A stretch of DNA of 34,836 nt from Acidobacteriota bacterium (GCA_035593865.1 DAOTAI010000004.1:1-34836), one strand, 5' to 3'. Counted from the stretch's first letter, positions 8,602 through 17,097 are shown. The notes: generated by a model not told the origin, from the letters alone. Numbers and translations are program-made.

Positions 8602-9582
8602 CTAAGTGAGCATGAATTCGTGTCCAATGGCGCGGACAGGTACACGATGCTCTTCGTTGCCCGCTGCAGCCAGGAATCGTTCGATAGGCTCTGTAACCGG
8701 CTCGCGACTTAATCGGAAGGTCATATGATGCACCGGGATAAAGTGAATTGCGCCCGCCATGTTTCCCATTTTCCACGCTTGCTCCGAGGAACAGTGGTTG
8801 CGGATGTAGGGATTGTAGGCGCCGATCGGCATGATCGCCAGATCAATCGGTCTTGACGATTTTAGCTTGGGTATGCTTGCTGTACGCGCCGTGTCTCCCG
8901 CGAAAAGGACACGAAAACGATCAGATTCCAGGAGATATCCGTTGTATCCGCGATAGGTGTCGTTCCTCAGCCGCGCCCCCCAGTGCTTCACTTCAAAGGC
9001 CGTGCAGACGAGCGAATCCAGTTGAATACGATCACCCCACCGAGTTTCGTGCACTTCCTGGTAACGGTCAGGGCGCAGCAGATCACTGGTGCGATACGCC
9101 GTCACAACGCGCGTTTTGCGGTTTTCGAGCCGCTTAAGGGAAGGGATATCCAGATGATCCATATGGGCGTGCGACAGGAGGATCAAATCGATGTGCGGCA
9201 GGCGCGTCAGCGGCACAGCCGGCTCTACCAGACGTTTAAGACCGAGGGTCACCGGACCGAGATTGATGCCAACTTTCGAACCGAGGACCGGGTCAGTCAA
9301 GATCGTAAAGCCGTCAATTTTAAGGAGAACAGTGGCGTGCCCCAGCCAGGCAGCGAACAAACCCTTGTCCGGCCATTTCCTGGGATCGGGATGCCGCGCG
9401 GGCGGAAGGATCTCCGCAGTGATCTCCTCGAGCATCTGATTCCAGATTCGAGGCGCCCTGCTGTAGAGGAAAAGCCCCGCGCCCGACCCGAGAAGTGCCC
9501 CCAGTCGCAACAGGGTCGCTCGGCGGGATACTTTACGTGAACGATACGGAAAATACCCTGAAATGTCTCTCGATTCACTCAT
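8602..9582 (-). CDS. MBL-fold metallo-hydrolase (NAPE-PLD-like) with an N-terminal RR-containing signal/anchor
   Basis: Metal motif LILLSHAHMDHLD. N-terminus SRRATLLRLGALLGSGAGLFL. The start ATG overlaps the upstream gene's stop as ATGA (9579-9582). Confidence 0.75.
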   Translation of the reverse strand: MSESRDISGYFPYRSRKVSRRATLLRLGALLGSGAGLFLYSRAPRIWNQMLEEITAEILPPARHPDPRKWPDKGLFAAWLGHATVLLKIDGFTILTDPVLGSKVGINLGPVTLGLKRLVEPAVPLTRLPHIDLILLSHAHMDHLDIPSLKRLENRKTRVVTAYRTSDLLRPDRYQEVHETRWGDRIQLDSLVCTAFEVKHWGARLRNDTYRGYNGYLLESDRFRVLFAGDTARTASIPKLKSSRPIDLAIMPIGAYNPYIRNHCSSEQAWKMGNMAGAIHFIPVHHMTFRLSREPVTEPIERFLAAAGNEEHRVPVRAIGHEFMLT

Positions 9583-10061
9583 TCCAAAGAAAACCTGACA
9601 CCTCCGCCAAAAACAAAGTCCGAATTATCTGACGCAATTGCTTTGGCCTGCACATACGGAACCCAGGAACCGGCGTTGAAGCCGAGTCCGAACAAAACGT
9701 TGGCTGCCGGATCTGTTCTACTCCCGGCAGGCCCATCAGGATTATTGTACAGTATGCCGAGGCCGAGTCCCGCCCAGGTGAAGACTCTACCGCCCAAAGG
9801 GAAGTCGTAATGGAAATCAAGGTTGAATGTGGCCCGGGTGCCGTTTTCAACGAACACGTACTCAATATTAGGGTTGAAGTAGAGGAACCCGACGATTGGC
9901 GTCAGGAACTCGCCGCCGATAAAGGCGTCTTCCCTGTCAGCGTACAAACCCGCTCTCGCGCCCAACATGGTTGGCGTTTGCCCGGTTGCATGGGTGGAAG
10001 CCAGTGTGGAAACGAGGAAGCAAAAAACGATGTACCAAATAGCTCGGTTCTTCGTGCTCAT
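9579..10061 (-). CDS. Small outer-membrane beta-barrel protein (OMP_b-brl/OmpW-like), 160 aa
   Basis: Signal peptide MSTKNRAIWYIVFCFLVSTLASTHATGQ. Alternating hydrophobic/aromatic beta-strand pattern with Gly-rich turns through to the C-terminus. Confidence 0.55.
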   Translation of the reverse strand: MSTKNRAIWYIVFCFLVSTLASTHATGQTPTMLGARAGLYADREDAFIGGEFLTPIVGFLYFNPNIEYVFVENGTRATFNLDFHYDFPLGGRVFTWAGLGLGILYNNPDGPAGSRTDPAANVLFGLGFNAGSWVPYVQAKAIASDNSDFVFGGGVRFSLE

Positions 10062-10300
10062 ACTGATTTCCCCTCAGACTCTAGATTAGATAAAGCAAAT
10101 TTCAAACCAAACCCGGTCGGTTGCCAAGGGCCTGACATGGTGTTCAATCCTCCGCGCTGCTCGTGGATGCCGACCGGGGAGATTTTCCCGCACTGCGTGC
10201 TTTTCCCACTGACACCTTTATTGTGGAGGCCGCGTCTAATTCTCAAAAGTCCCCCAACCAAAAAGGCAACACATTCACAAAGCACAGGAGGAGCGCGTTT

Positions 10301-11443
10301 ATGCGAAGAATATTGTTGATTCGCTTGGTTTGTCTTCTTGGGTTCTCGTCTGTTCTGGTCGGGCAGACTGGCCACATGGGCCGGCCTTTAGATAAGAACC
10401 TGATATTTCCGCACCTTGGTATCGGCGCCGGGGTGAGTACTCAGATCATTCTGATGAATCCGCAGCCGGGCAGAGAGGTGACGGGCACTCTTTACTTTTT
10501 CGGCCAGAACGGGGCTCCGCTGCAAGTGGTGAATGCCGGCCAGAGCGTGAACCAGATATCAGTGACTATCCCGCCTGAAGGAGTCGAGTTTATGGACGTG
10601 ACCGGAACCGAAGGGCAGCCGACGACGATCGGGTGGGCGCTTTTAGATGTAACAGCTTCGGGGCAGGGACAGGACGACCCCAGGACCCGAGTTTTTGGGT
10701 CCGTTACATTCACCACAACCGATGGAGGGAATATTGCTGGATCGGTAGGAGTGGTGGCGGGTCGCTATGAACTGGGGGCGCATCGTACGGTGGCGATTCC
10801 AGTGACCGTCCAGGGCAACATCAGGAACACCGGCGTAGCCCTCGTGAACTCCGGTTCCGAGCCCATGACGATTAACTTCCAGCTCAAGGATGAAGCCGGA
10901 AACGTAGTCGAGGACGCCGCGACCATTGATCCACCAATCTCGCCTCTCCCACCGGGCAATCAAACGGCGCGGTTCGTGACCGAGATTTTCGACGACTTCG
11001 ACTTCAATAACCGGGATTTCCGAGGGACACTCGTTCTCTCGACCGAGCAGGAAGGTCTGGTCGCGTTGGGGCTTCTGACGACCGAATTCTTATTGACGTC
11101 AATTCCGGTGGTGCTCGTTCCCGGACAGGGACCCGGGCCGGGGCCCGGACCTGCTCCCCAGACTCATACCGTCACCAATGACGGGTTCACCTTCAGCCCC
11201 AGTGAAATAACGATCAGGGCCGGGGATTCGGTACAGTGGCAGTTGGAGAATATTCATAACGTCCAAGAGGTAACGGAGGCGACTTGGAACGCGAACGGAA
11301 CCACACCAAAACCCGATGGATTTTCGGCTCCGTTGGGTGGAGGCACTGTTCAATTCAACAACCCGGGAACTTACTGGTATGTTTGCACGCCGCACGCCGC
11401 TCAGGGCATGAAGGGACGGGTGATCGTAAACCCGGCGCAATAG
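10301..11443 (+). CDS. Secreted protein: two uncharacterised beta-rich repeats + (PG)n linker + C-terminal type-1 copper (plastocyanin-like cupredoxin) domain
   Basis: Signal peptide MRRILLIRLVCLLGFSSVLVGQ. AGGAGG lies 9 nt upstream of ATG 10301. Linker PGQGPGPGPGPAPQ. Cupredoxin motifs FTFSPSEITIRAGDSVQW, NIHNV and YWYVCTPHAAQGMKGRVIV (Cys-x2-His-x4-Met). Confidence 0.75.
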   Translation: MRRILLIRLVCLLGFSSVLVGQTGHMGRPLDKNLIFPHLGIGAGVSTQIILMNPQPGREVTGTLYFFGQNGAPLQVVNAGQSVNQISVTIPPEGVEFMDVTGTEGQPTTIGWALLDVTASGQGQDDPRTRVFGSVTFTTTDGGNIAGSVGVVAGRYELGAHRTVAIPVTVQGNIRNTGVALVNSGSEPMTINFQLKDEAGNVVEDAATIDPPISPLPPGNQTARFVTEIFDDFDFNNRDFRGTLVLSTEQEGLVALGLLTTEFLLTSIPVVLVPGQGPGPGPGPAPQTHTVTNDGFTFSPSEITIRAGDSVQWQLENIHNVQEVTEATWNANGTTPKPDGFSAPLGGGTVQFNNPGTYWYVCTPHAAQGMKGRVIVNPAQ

Positions 11444-11478
11444 AGGCCACGTCTGGAGCGCGCCGCTTTTAGCGGGTA

Positions 11479-11596
11479 CTAGTGGACAGAGTGGACCCAG
11501 TGGACGAATCGCAGACCGTAGATCCTCAAGGCAGTCTGCTCGGTCCACTGGGTCCGCGTGGTCCACTAGGTCCACTAGGTCCACTAGGTCCACTAG
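11479..11596. repeat. Inverted nonamer arrays, family C: 3 x NNNGTGGAC, a 37-nt spacer, then 6 x GTCCACNNN
   Basis: Left array: ctagtggac agagtggac ccagtggac (11479-11505). Right array: gtccactgg gtccgcgtg then gtccactag x4 (11543-11596). Outer and inner units are exact complements. The spacer has its own GCAGAC/GTCTGC stem. It fills the gap between convergent genes ending at 11443 and 11618. Confidence 0.9.
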
Positions 11597-11617
11597 CCTG
11601 AAAACCAATTTGCTGAA

Positions 11618-12925
11618 TCAATCCTTAAGCGCTGACTCCTTTTCGCCCTCGTCTTGATCAGACTGGTTCGACGAATCTGCTAGAAAGGCTTTGAGTCGAG
11701 GAAGAGGGGGAGCGGAACGAGAAGCCGTCCGGTTGCCCAAATTCTCATAGGAAAAGAGGAGGAAACCATCGGCGCCCAGGTTTCGCGTGATGGCGATTTT
11801 TTCGAGGGTACTTTGAATGGACATCTGCCAGGCGCCAATGCCGACCCAGACCGGGCGGCCGAAACTTAACCCTCGGGCAATTGCCACTTGGCTTTTGAAT
11901 GCGTCGTTGGAACGCGTGTAGGCCATAGGGCAGAGTCCGTCGAGCAGCCCTTCTTCCATCCAAAGCTTCCAGTCCTGGAACTTCTGGCTGTACGCGATTT
12001 CACTGTCCGCTTTTACAGCCGCCGTAACCATCGTTCCCGCCCTTTGCCCGTGAGCTGCCCGATACAAAGCTGCCGCCAGGTCAGTGACTTGGCGTCTGCG
12101 AAATTCGGCCCACTGACGCGGATATCGCTGGGTGTAGTAAAGCCGATTCCTGGTGAAAGCCCTCGCCATTCGCTGGCGCTCGGCAGGCTTAAGCTTCTCG
12201 TCAATTTCCTGCCGAAATGAGTCAAGTGCCGCCCGTCCGTAGCCGAAGGAAGGGTCGGGGTAACGCAGGTAATCCAGGTGAAGTCCGTCCACGGCGTAGC
12301 GGGAAAGAAGATCTGAGCAGACCGCCACCAGATGCTCCCGGACCCCCGGTTCTGCCGGGTCGAGATAGAAGCCCTCAACGCCGGAGTTCTTTCGGATGAC
12401 TTCGGCAATTCGCTCCAGAGAACGCGGAAAAGTGGGTTTCGCGGAGTAGAAAGTCGAAGCCAGACTCGATGGCACCATGGCCCATTGCGAATGCCGGGCG
12501 AGAACATGGTTAGGTCTGATCTTCCGGGCCGCGGCCTCGTGAACGAACAGGACATTGACCCAGGCGTGGACTCTGAGGTCCCTCGGTTTAGCCTTCTCGA
12601 GAAGGTAAGCGAGAGGGTCAAATCCGGCGCTCTGAGTCGACAGGAGATTGGAGCGAGGCTCCAACCGTGATTGATAGAAGGCATCTCCCCTGCCTCTGAC
12701 TTGGACGATAAGGGTATTGAAACCGGTGTCCGCAGCTTCGTTTATGAGACGGTCAATTGACTCGGGACTGGTCAGAGAGGTACGGACGACCCAGAGTCCG
12801 CGGATTTCGCCTGGCTGACCGGCCCAGAGCGTGGCGCAGTAGAACCCCAGACAGAAAAAGACGTACTGCAGAAACAAGACCTTAAAGCTCACAAGTGCCA
12901 TCAGTTTAGCCGCATCTGCTGACAT
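11618..12925 (-). CDS. Glycosyl hydrolase-like 10 (GHL10/DUF187) family protein, secreted or anchored
   Basis: Hydrophobic N-terminus. IRGLWVVRTSLTSPESIDRLINEAADTGFNTLIVQVRGRGDAFYQS and DLRVHAWVNVLF match the GHL10 TIM-barrel pattern as I know it. Confidence 0.65.
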   Translation of the reverse strand: MSADAAKLMALVSFKVLFLQYVFFCLGFYCATLWAGQPGEIRGLWVVRTSLTSPESIDRLINEAADTGFNTLIVQVRGRGDAFYQSRLEPRSNLLSTQSAGFDPLAYLLEKAKPRDLRVHAWVNVLFVHEAAARKIRPNHVLARHSQWAMVPSSLASTFYSAKPTFPRSLERIAEVIRKNSGVEGFYLDPAEPGVREHLVAVCSDLLSRYAVDGLHLDYLRYPDPSFGYGRAALDSFRQEIDEKLKPAERQRMARAFTRNRLYYTQRYPRQWAEFRRRQVTDLAAALYRAAHGQRAGTMVTAAVKADSEIAYSQKFQDWKLWMEEGLLDGLCPMAYTRSNDAFKSQVAIARGLSFGRPVWVGIGAWQMSIQSTLEKIAITRNLGADGFLLFSYENLGNRTASRSAPPLPRLKAFLADSSNQSDQDEGEKESALKD

Positions 12926-12945
12926 TTAAAACCGCTGGGATAAAA

Positions 12946-12995
12946 GGGGAAAAGCAAGGGGCAAAAAGATAAAGGGGTGCAGGGGAGTTGCGGGG
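12946..12995 (+). other. Polypurine tract with five GGGG runs (G-quadruplex-capable motif)
   Basis: GGGG at 12946-49, 12958-61, 12974-77, 12982-85 and 12992-95. The loops are 8, 12, 4 and 6 nt. The surrounding 12940-13007 stretch is almost entirely purines on the + strand. Confidence 0.6.
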
Positions 12996-13007
12996 TAAAG
13001 AGAAAAA

Positions 13008-13101
13008 CATTTTCCATCGTTCATCTTCCATTTTCCATTTCACCATCTGAGGACGATGCCTGTCTCGATGAGTCCACAGCCGAATGGAAAATGGTAAATG
13101 C
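13008..13101. repeat. Family A heptamers in inverted arrangement: about 6 x CATNTTC, a spacer, then 3 x NAAATGG
   Basis: Left: cattttc catcgtt catcttc cattttc catttca (c)catctg (13008-13049). Right: (cg)aatgg aaaatgg taaatgc (13081-13101). 13028-13039 pairs perfectly with 13083-13094 (12 bp). Same unit as the array at 75-130. Confidence 0.8.
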
Positions 13102-13131
13102 CTTTCGCTTCATCCCTACGTTCTTTCGTGC

Positions 13132-13160
13132 TTGACCGTTGAGAAGACTGCTACTACAGT
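13132..13160 (+). promoter_or_regulatory. Candidate sigma70-type promoter: TTGACC, 17 nt, TACAGT
   Basis: The -35 is at 13132-13137 and the -10 at 13155-13160, with an exact 17-nt spacer. The predicted start near 13167 falls beside ATG 13170 and within the hairpin GTCGGCC(13161-67)/GGCCGAC(13177-83). Pattern match only. Confidence 0.3.
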
Positions 13161-13169
13161 GTCGGCCAT

Positions 13170-14600
13170 ATGAGCAGGCCGACTCTTCAAGGAACATCGC
13201 CGCGAGACAAGGGTACGAAGGACTCAGCATTTTCGAGCATTGTTTCCCGCATGGACCAGCTCTACGAGTTTGACCGGGAGGAGGTCAAGCCGGAGAATCT
13301 GCATTCCGGCGCTAAATTCGCGGGCGTTTTTGCGGGAGAGCATGTCGCTGCGACGGAATTCGTGATTGGCGCCTTCTTTGTGCTTCACGGAGTGTCGCTA
13401 GGCGACCTGCTGGTCGGCCTGGTCCTGGGCAACCTTCTGGCCGTGCTGTCGTGGACGCTAATATGTGCTCCCATAGCTACGAGGGTTCGCCTGACGTTGT
13501 ATTGGTACTTGCGCCGAATAATCGGTCCGGGTCTGACGGTGGTCTACAACATCGCCAATGCGGCCATGTACTGCATACTGGCCGGTGCCATGATCTCCAT
13601 ATCAGCCACTGCTCTCGGCTTGGGATTCGGGGTTCCGGTTCCCCCACTCGACTCCATCTACCCAACGAGTGTTGGCTGGATAATCCTGGCAGTACTGATC
13701 GGTGCCGGATTCACCACGCTAGCAATCCTTGGATTCGAACGGCTGAGCAAGTTTGCCTCCGTTTGCTCGCCTTGGATTTTCATGGTCTTCGTGGTCGGGG
13801 CTATAGCCGTATTGCCCTCACTGGGTGTTGAAAAGGATCTGAGCAACCTGTACGAAGTCGCGACCACCAGAATCTGGAACGGTCAACCGAGTCCAGGCCA
13901 GGAGAAGTTCGGAATGTGGCACATTCTGTTCTTTGCCTGGTTTGCCAACCTTGCAATGCACGTTGGTTTATCCGATATGGCGCTGTTTCGGTATGCCAAA
14001 CGATGGACGTACGGTCTGTACTCTGCCTTCGGCATGTACCCTGGACACATGCTTGCCTGGATCTGTTCGGGAATCATGGTGGCGGCGGCTAATCGGGAGA
14101 TGGACCCGGGTCTGATGGCCTATCAGGCGGCAGGTCTGGCCGGGGTGGGAGCGGTTCTACTGGCCGGGTGGACAACCGCCAATCCGACGCTCTACCGGGC
14201 GGGGCTTGCCCTGCAGATAGTCACCCCAAACTGGCCGCGGTGGAAGATCACTCTGGTCGCGGGCGCTGTAACGACTATCTTGGCTTGCTTTCCGGTCTTC
14301 TTCCTCAAGCTACTGGATTACGTGGCGCTTTATGGGCTTATCCTGATGCCGATTGGCGCTGTCGTCTTTGCGGAGCACTGGATTCTTCCTAAGTTGGGGA
14401 TTCAGCAGTATCAAGCGGAAAAGAAAGGCTGGATATTCAACTGGAACGCCGCGGCGGTCTGGGTCGGTACCCTGGCTCTGTGCTATTACATGCCGATTCA
14501 TCTGTTCTTCCGCTGGTTGCCCGGGTATTTCATAGCACTTATCGCTTACGTCATCCTGCAACGAATTGCGGATCGGGGAAGAGGGGAGGCGAGCGCATGA
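13170..14600 (+). CDS. Polytopic membrane transporter, NCS1/purine-cytosine permease-like (about 12 TM)
   Basis: About 12 hydrophobic spans. The N-terminal GAKFAGVFAGEHVAATEFVIGA and the general layout resemble cytosine/HMP-type permeases. Family assignment is tentative. The alternative start ATG 13251 (MDQLYEF) is equally possible. Confidence 0.5.
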   Translation: MSRPTLQGTSPRDKGTKDSAFSSIVSRMDQLYEFDREEVKPENLHSGAKFAGVFAGEHVAATEFVIGAFFVLHGVSLGDLLVGLVLGNLLAVLSWTLICAPIATRVRLTLYWYLRRIIGPGLTVVYNIANAAMYCILAGAMISISATALGLGFGVPVPPLDSIYPTSVGWIILAVLIGAGFTTLAILGFERLSKFASVCSPWIFMVFVVGAIAVLPSLGVEKDLSNLYEVATTRIWNGQPSPGQEKFGMWHILFFAWFANLAMHVGLSDMALFRYAKRWTYGLYSAFGMYPGHMLAWICSGIMVAAANREMDPGLMAYQAAGLAGVGAVLLAGWTTANPTLYRAGLALQIVTPNWPRWKITLVAGAVTTILACFPVFFLKLLDYVALYGLILMPIGAVVFAEHWILPKLGIQQYQAEKKGWIFNWNAAAVWVGTLALCYYMPIHLFFRWLPGYFIALIAYVILQRIADRGRGEASA

Positions 14601-14773
14601 AGATCATTGCAACGGTCTCGACTCTACTGAGTCTGGTGGTCTGCCTGGGTGCCGCTGTCTGGTATTTCCTGGGCTCGATCAGCTACTCAACATACACTGG
14701 GGTCCTGGCGGTTTTCTCAGTCCTCTATTTCATTTCCGCGATTGCCTGGAGGACTTTAGCTGAACGCTCTTAA
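14597..14773 (+). CDS. Small two-TM membrane protein (58 aa), translationally coupled to the permease
   Basis: ATGA start/stop overlap at 14597-14600. GGGGAGG lies 8-14 nt upstream. Sequence MKIIATVSTLLSLVVCLGAAVWYFLG...GVLAVFSVLYFISAIAW shows two clear hydrophobic helices. Confidence 0.55.
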   Translation: MKIIATVSTLLSLVVCLGAAVWYFLGSISYSTYTGVLAVFSVLYFISAIAWRTLAERS

Positions 14774-14796
14774 GCCTTGGTATCAACGATGAGCCT

Positions 14797-16886
14797 TTAG
14801 CCCGCTTCGGCGATAAAGACGCTCATGGTGCGTGCTTCGACCCTGACCTTTTCATTGGGCCTGTATTTACGATGTGTCGCTTTTCCGGGCGGCTGTTTCG
14901 TGTCCAGGATCTTGGTCCATTTCTTACCCCACGCTGCGGGCGGAAATGTGAAATTCAAGGGTTCGTAGTGCGCATTGAAGAAAATTAGGAAAGTGTCATC
15001 GACAATCAACTCTCCTCGCTCGTCGGTATAGTTCAGTGCCTTGCCGTTCAGGTAAACCCCTAGCGATTTTGCTATTGAACCCTGCTTCCAGTCGTCGTCC
15101 GTCATTTCCTCACCGGTGGGCCTGATCCATGCAATGTCTGCGACACCGTGTATAGGCCGGCCGTGAAACCATCGACGTCGGTGTAGTGCGGGGTGCGTTT
15201 TGCGCAGTCTGACTGCTTCGCTGACGAAGTCAACCAGATCCTGGTCCTTTTCGTCCCACTTGTACCAGGAGATCGGGTTGTCCTGACAATAAGCGTTGTT
15301 GTTTCCGTATTGAGTTCGCCCCATCTCATCGCCGCCCAGGATCATTGGAATTCCCTGTGACAGAATCAGACTCGCCAGGAAGTTGCGCTGCCGTTGATTC
15401 CCGGATCGTCGGTCGGCCCTTCAACGCCGCAGTTCCAGGAGCGGTTATGGCTTTCACCGTCTCGGTTGTCTTCGCCGTTAGCCTCGTTGTGTTTCTCGTT
15501 GTAGGAAACCAGATCCCGAAGCGTGAAACCGTCGTGAGCAGTCACAAAGTTCACGCTGGCATAGGGTCTGCGTCCGGTGGTTTCGTACAGGTCTGGGCTT
15601 CCGGTCAGCCGGTAGGCAAAATCACCGAGGGTCGCCCCTTCGCCCCGCCAGTAGTCGCGGATAGTGTCCCGGTACTTTCCGTTCCACTCGGACCACGCGG
15701 GAGGGAAGTTCCCCACTTGGTAACCGCCCTCTCCCACGTCCCAAGGCTCAGCGATCAGTTTGACCTGGCTGACGACCGGGTCCTGTTGAATCAAATCGAA
15801 GAAAGCCGACAGTCTGTCGACGTCGTGCAGTTCCCTGGCGAGGGTGGAGGCAAGGTCAAACCGGAAGCCGTCGACGTGCATCTCGATAATCCAATAGCGC
15901 AGCGAATCCATAATCAGCTGGAGCACGTGCGGGTGACGCATGTTGAGGCTGTTGCCTGTTCCCGTGTAGTCCATGTAGTACTGGCGGTTGTCCTGGACCA
16001 GCCGATAGTAGGCGGCGTTGTCAATGCCCTTGAAGCAGAGGGTCGGTCCCATGTGATTGCCTTCCGCAGTGTGGTTGTAGACCACGTCCAGGATCACTTC
16101 GATACCCTCCTGGTGCAGGGTCTTGACCATTTGTTTGAACTCCTGCACCTGGCGACCCACGGGCCCGGGTGTCTGGTACTCGCTGTGAACTGCCAGGTAG
16201 CCGATCGAGTTGTAGCCCCAGTAATTCCGCAGGCCGCGTTCGATGAGATGGGCATCATGAACGAAGTGATGAACCGGGAGAAGTTCAACCGCAGTTATTC
16301 CCAGGTGAGCAAAGTGCTTGAGTGCGACCGGGTGAGACAGTGCCTCGTAGGTGCCGCGAATTCTCTCGGGAATGTCCGGGTGAAGCATTGAGAATCCCTT
16401 GACATGCGTTTCATAGACGATTGTTTCGTTCCACGGGATCCGCGGCAAACGGTCGGTTCCCCAGTCGAAGTAAGGGCTGATAACTACGGATTTAGGCATG
16501 TACGCGGCGCTGTCCGCTTCGTTAAGGGGCCCGTTCGAGTCTGAGAAATGATAAGTGAACAAAGCTTCATTCCACTTAACCGGGCCGTCGATGGCTTTTG
16601 AATAAGGGTCAAGGAGAAGCTTTCCCGCACAGCACCGGTGCCCAGCCTCGGGATCCCAGGGACCGTGTACCCGGAAGCCATAACGCTGACCGGGAAGGAC
16701 ATCTGGAAGATATCCATGCCAGCAGAAGCCGGTCACCTCCGGCAGTTGCACCCTGGTTTCCTCACCGTTTTCGTCGAAAAGGCAAAGTTCTACCTTTTCT
16801 GCGACTTCAGAAAACAACGAAAAGTTTGTTCCGGTTCCGTCGTAGTTTGCCCCCAAGGGATAAGGGGAGCCGGGCCAAATTCTCAT
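14797..16886 (-). pseudogene. glgX: Glycogen debranching enzyme GlgX/TreX, reading frame broken near 15393
   Basis: ORF 15366-16886 (506 aa) has the GlgX N-terminus and GH13 motifs ([33 protein letters not shown]). ORF 14797-15345 starts ILGGDEMGRTQYGNNNAYCQDN. Upstream of that Met, the same frame reads [17 protein letters not shown]. The N-terminal frame reads ..GPTDDPGIN then GSATSWRV-stop. Confidence 0.8.
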
Positions 16887-17014
16887 CCTGAGCCTCCCTT
16901 TTGATGTTCAGAAAGAGATACAGAGAGTGAAATGCGGTTGATTCTATCGTAACAGACGCAGGACCGAAGGGATAACCGTACCGCGCAGACGAACTTGCAC
17001 GAACAAAGCCCCTC

Positions 17015-17097
17015 ATCCGTGTAATCCGCGCAATCCGTGCTATCCGCGGGGAGATGACCTGCCCGCGGATAGGACGGATCACACGGATAGCGCGGAT
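17015..17097. repeat. Family B element, second copy: 4 + 4 nonamers with an ATCCG/CGGAT core, arms only partly complementary
   Basis: Left arm: atccgtgta atccgcgca atccgtgct atccgcggg (17015-17050). Loop: gagatgacctg. Right arm: cccgcggat aggacggat cacacggat agcgcggat (17062-17097). It sits in the divergent glgX/glgE intergenic region. Confidence 0.9.

Noticed and set aside
11099-11608. 169-aa minus-strand ORF beginning MVFRLVDLVDLVDLVD
   Set aside because: The LVD repeats are just the nonamer array translated. The rest is antisense to the well-supported cupredoxin gene.
12013-12684. 223-aa minus-strand ORF in an alternative frame of the GHL10 gene
   Set aside because: It sits on the same strand as the motif-bearing GHL10 frame but out of frame with it. 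Its composition is Arg/Ser/Pro-rich.
13103-13250. Possible riboswitch (for example TPP or purine) ahead of the NCS1-like permease
   Set aside because: Only a TGAGA pentamer and one 7-bp hairpin are present. The conserved cores of the TPP or purine aptamers are not present.
15345-16391. 348-aa ORF on the + strand
   Set aside because: It lies entirely antisense to glgX, whose GH13 motifs are unambiguous. Its Val/Ala/Gly-rich composition is typical of a shadow ORF in GC-rich DNA, and I saw no motif.
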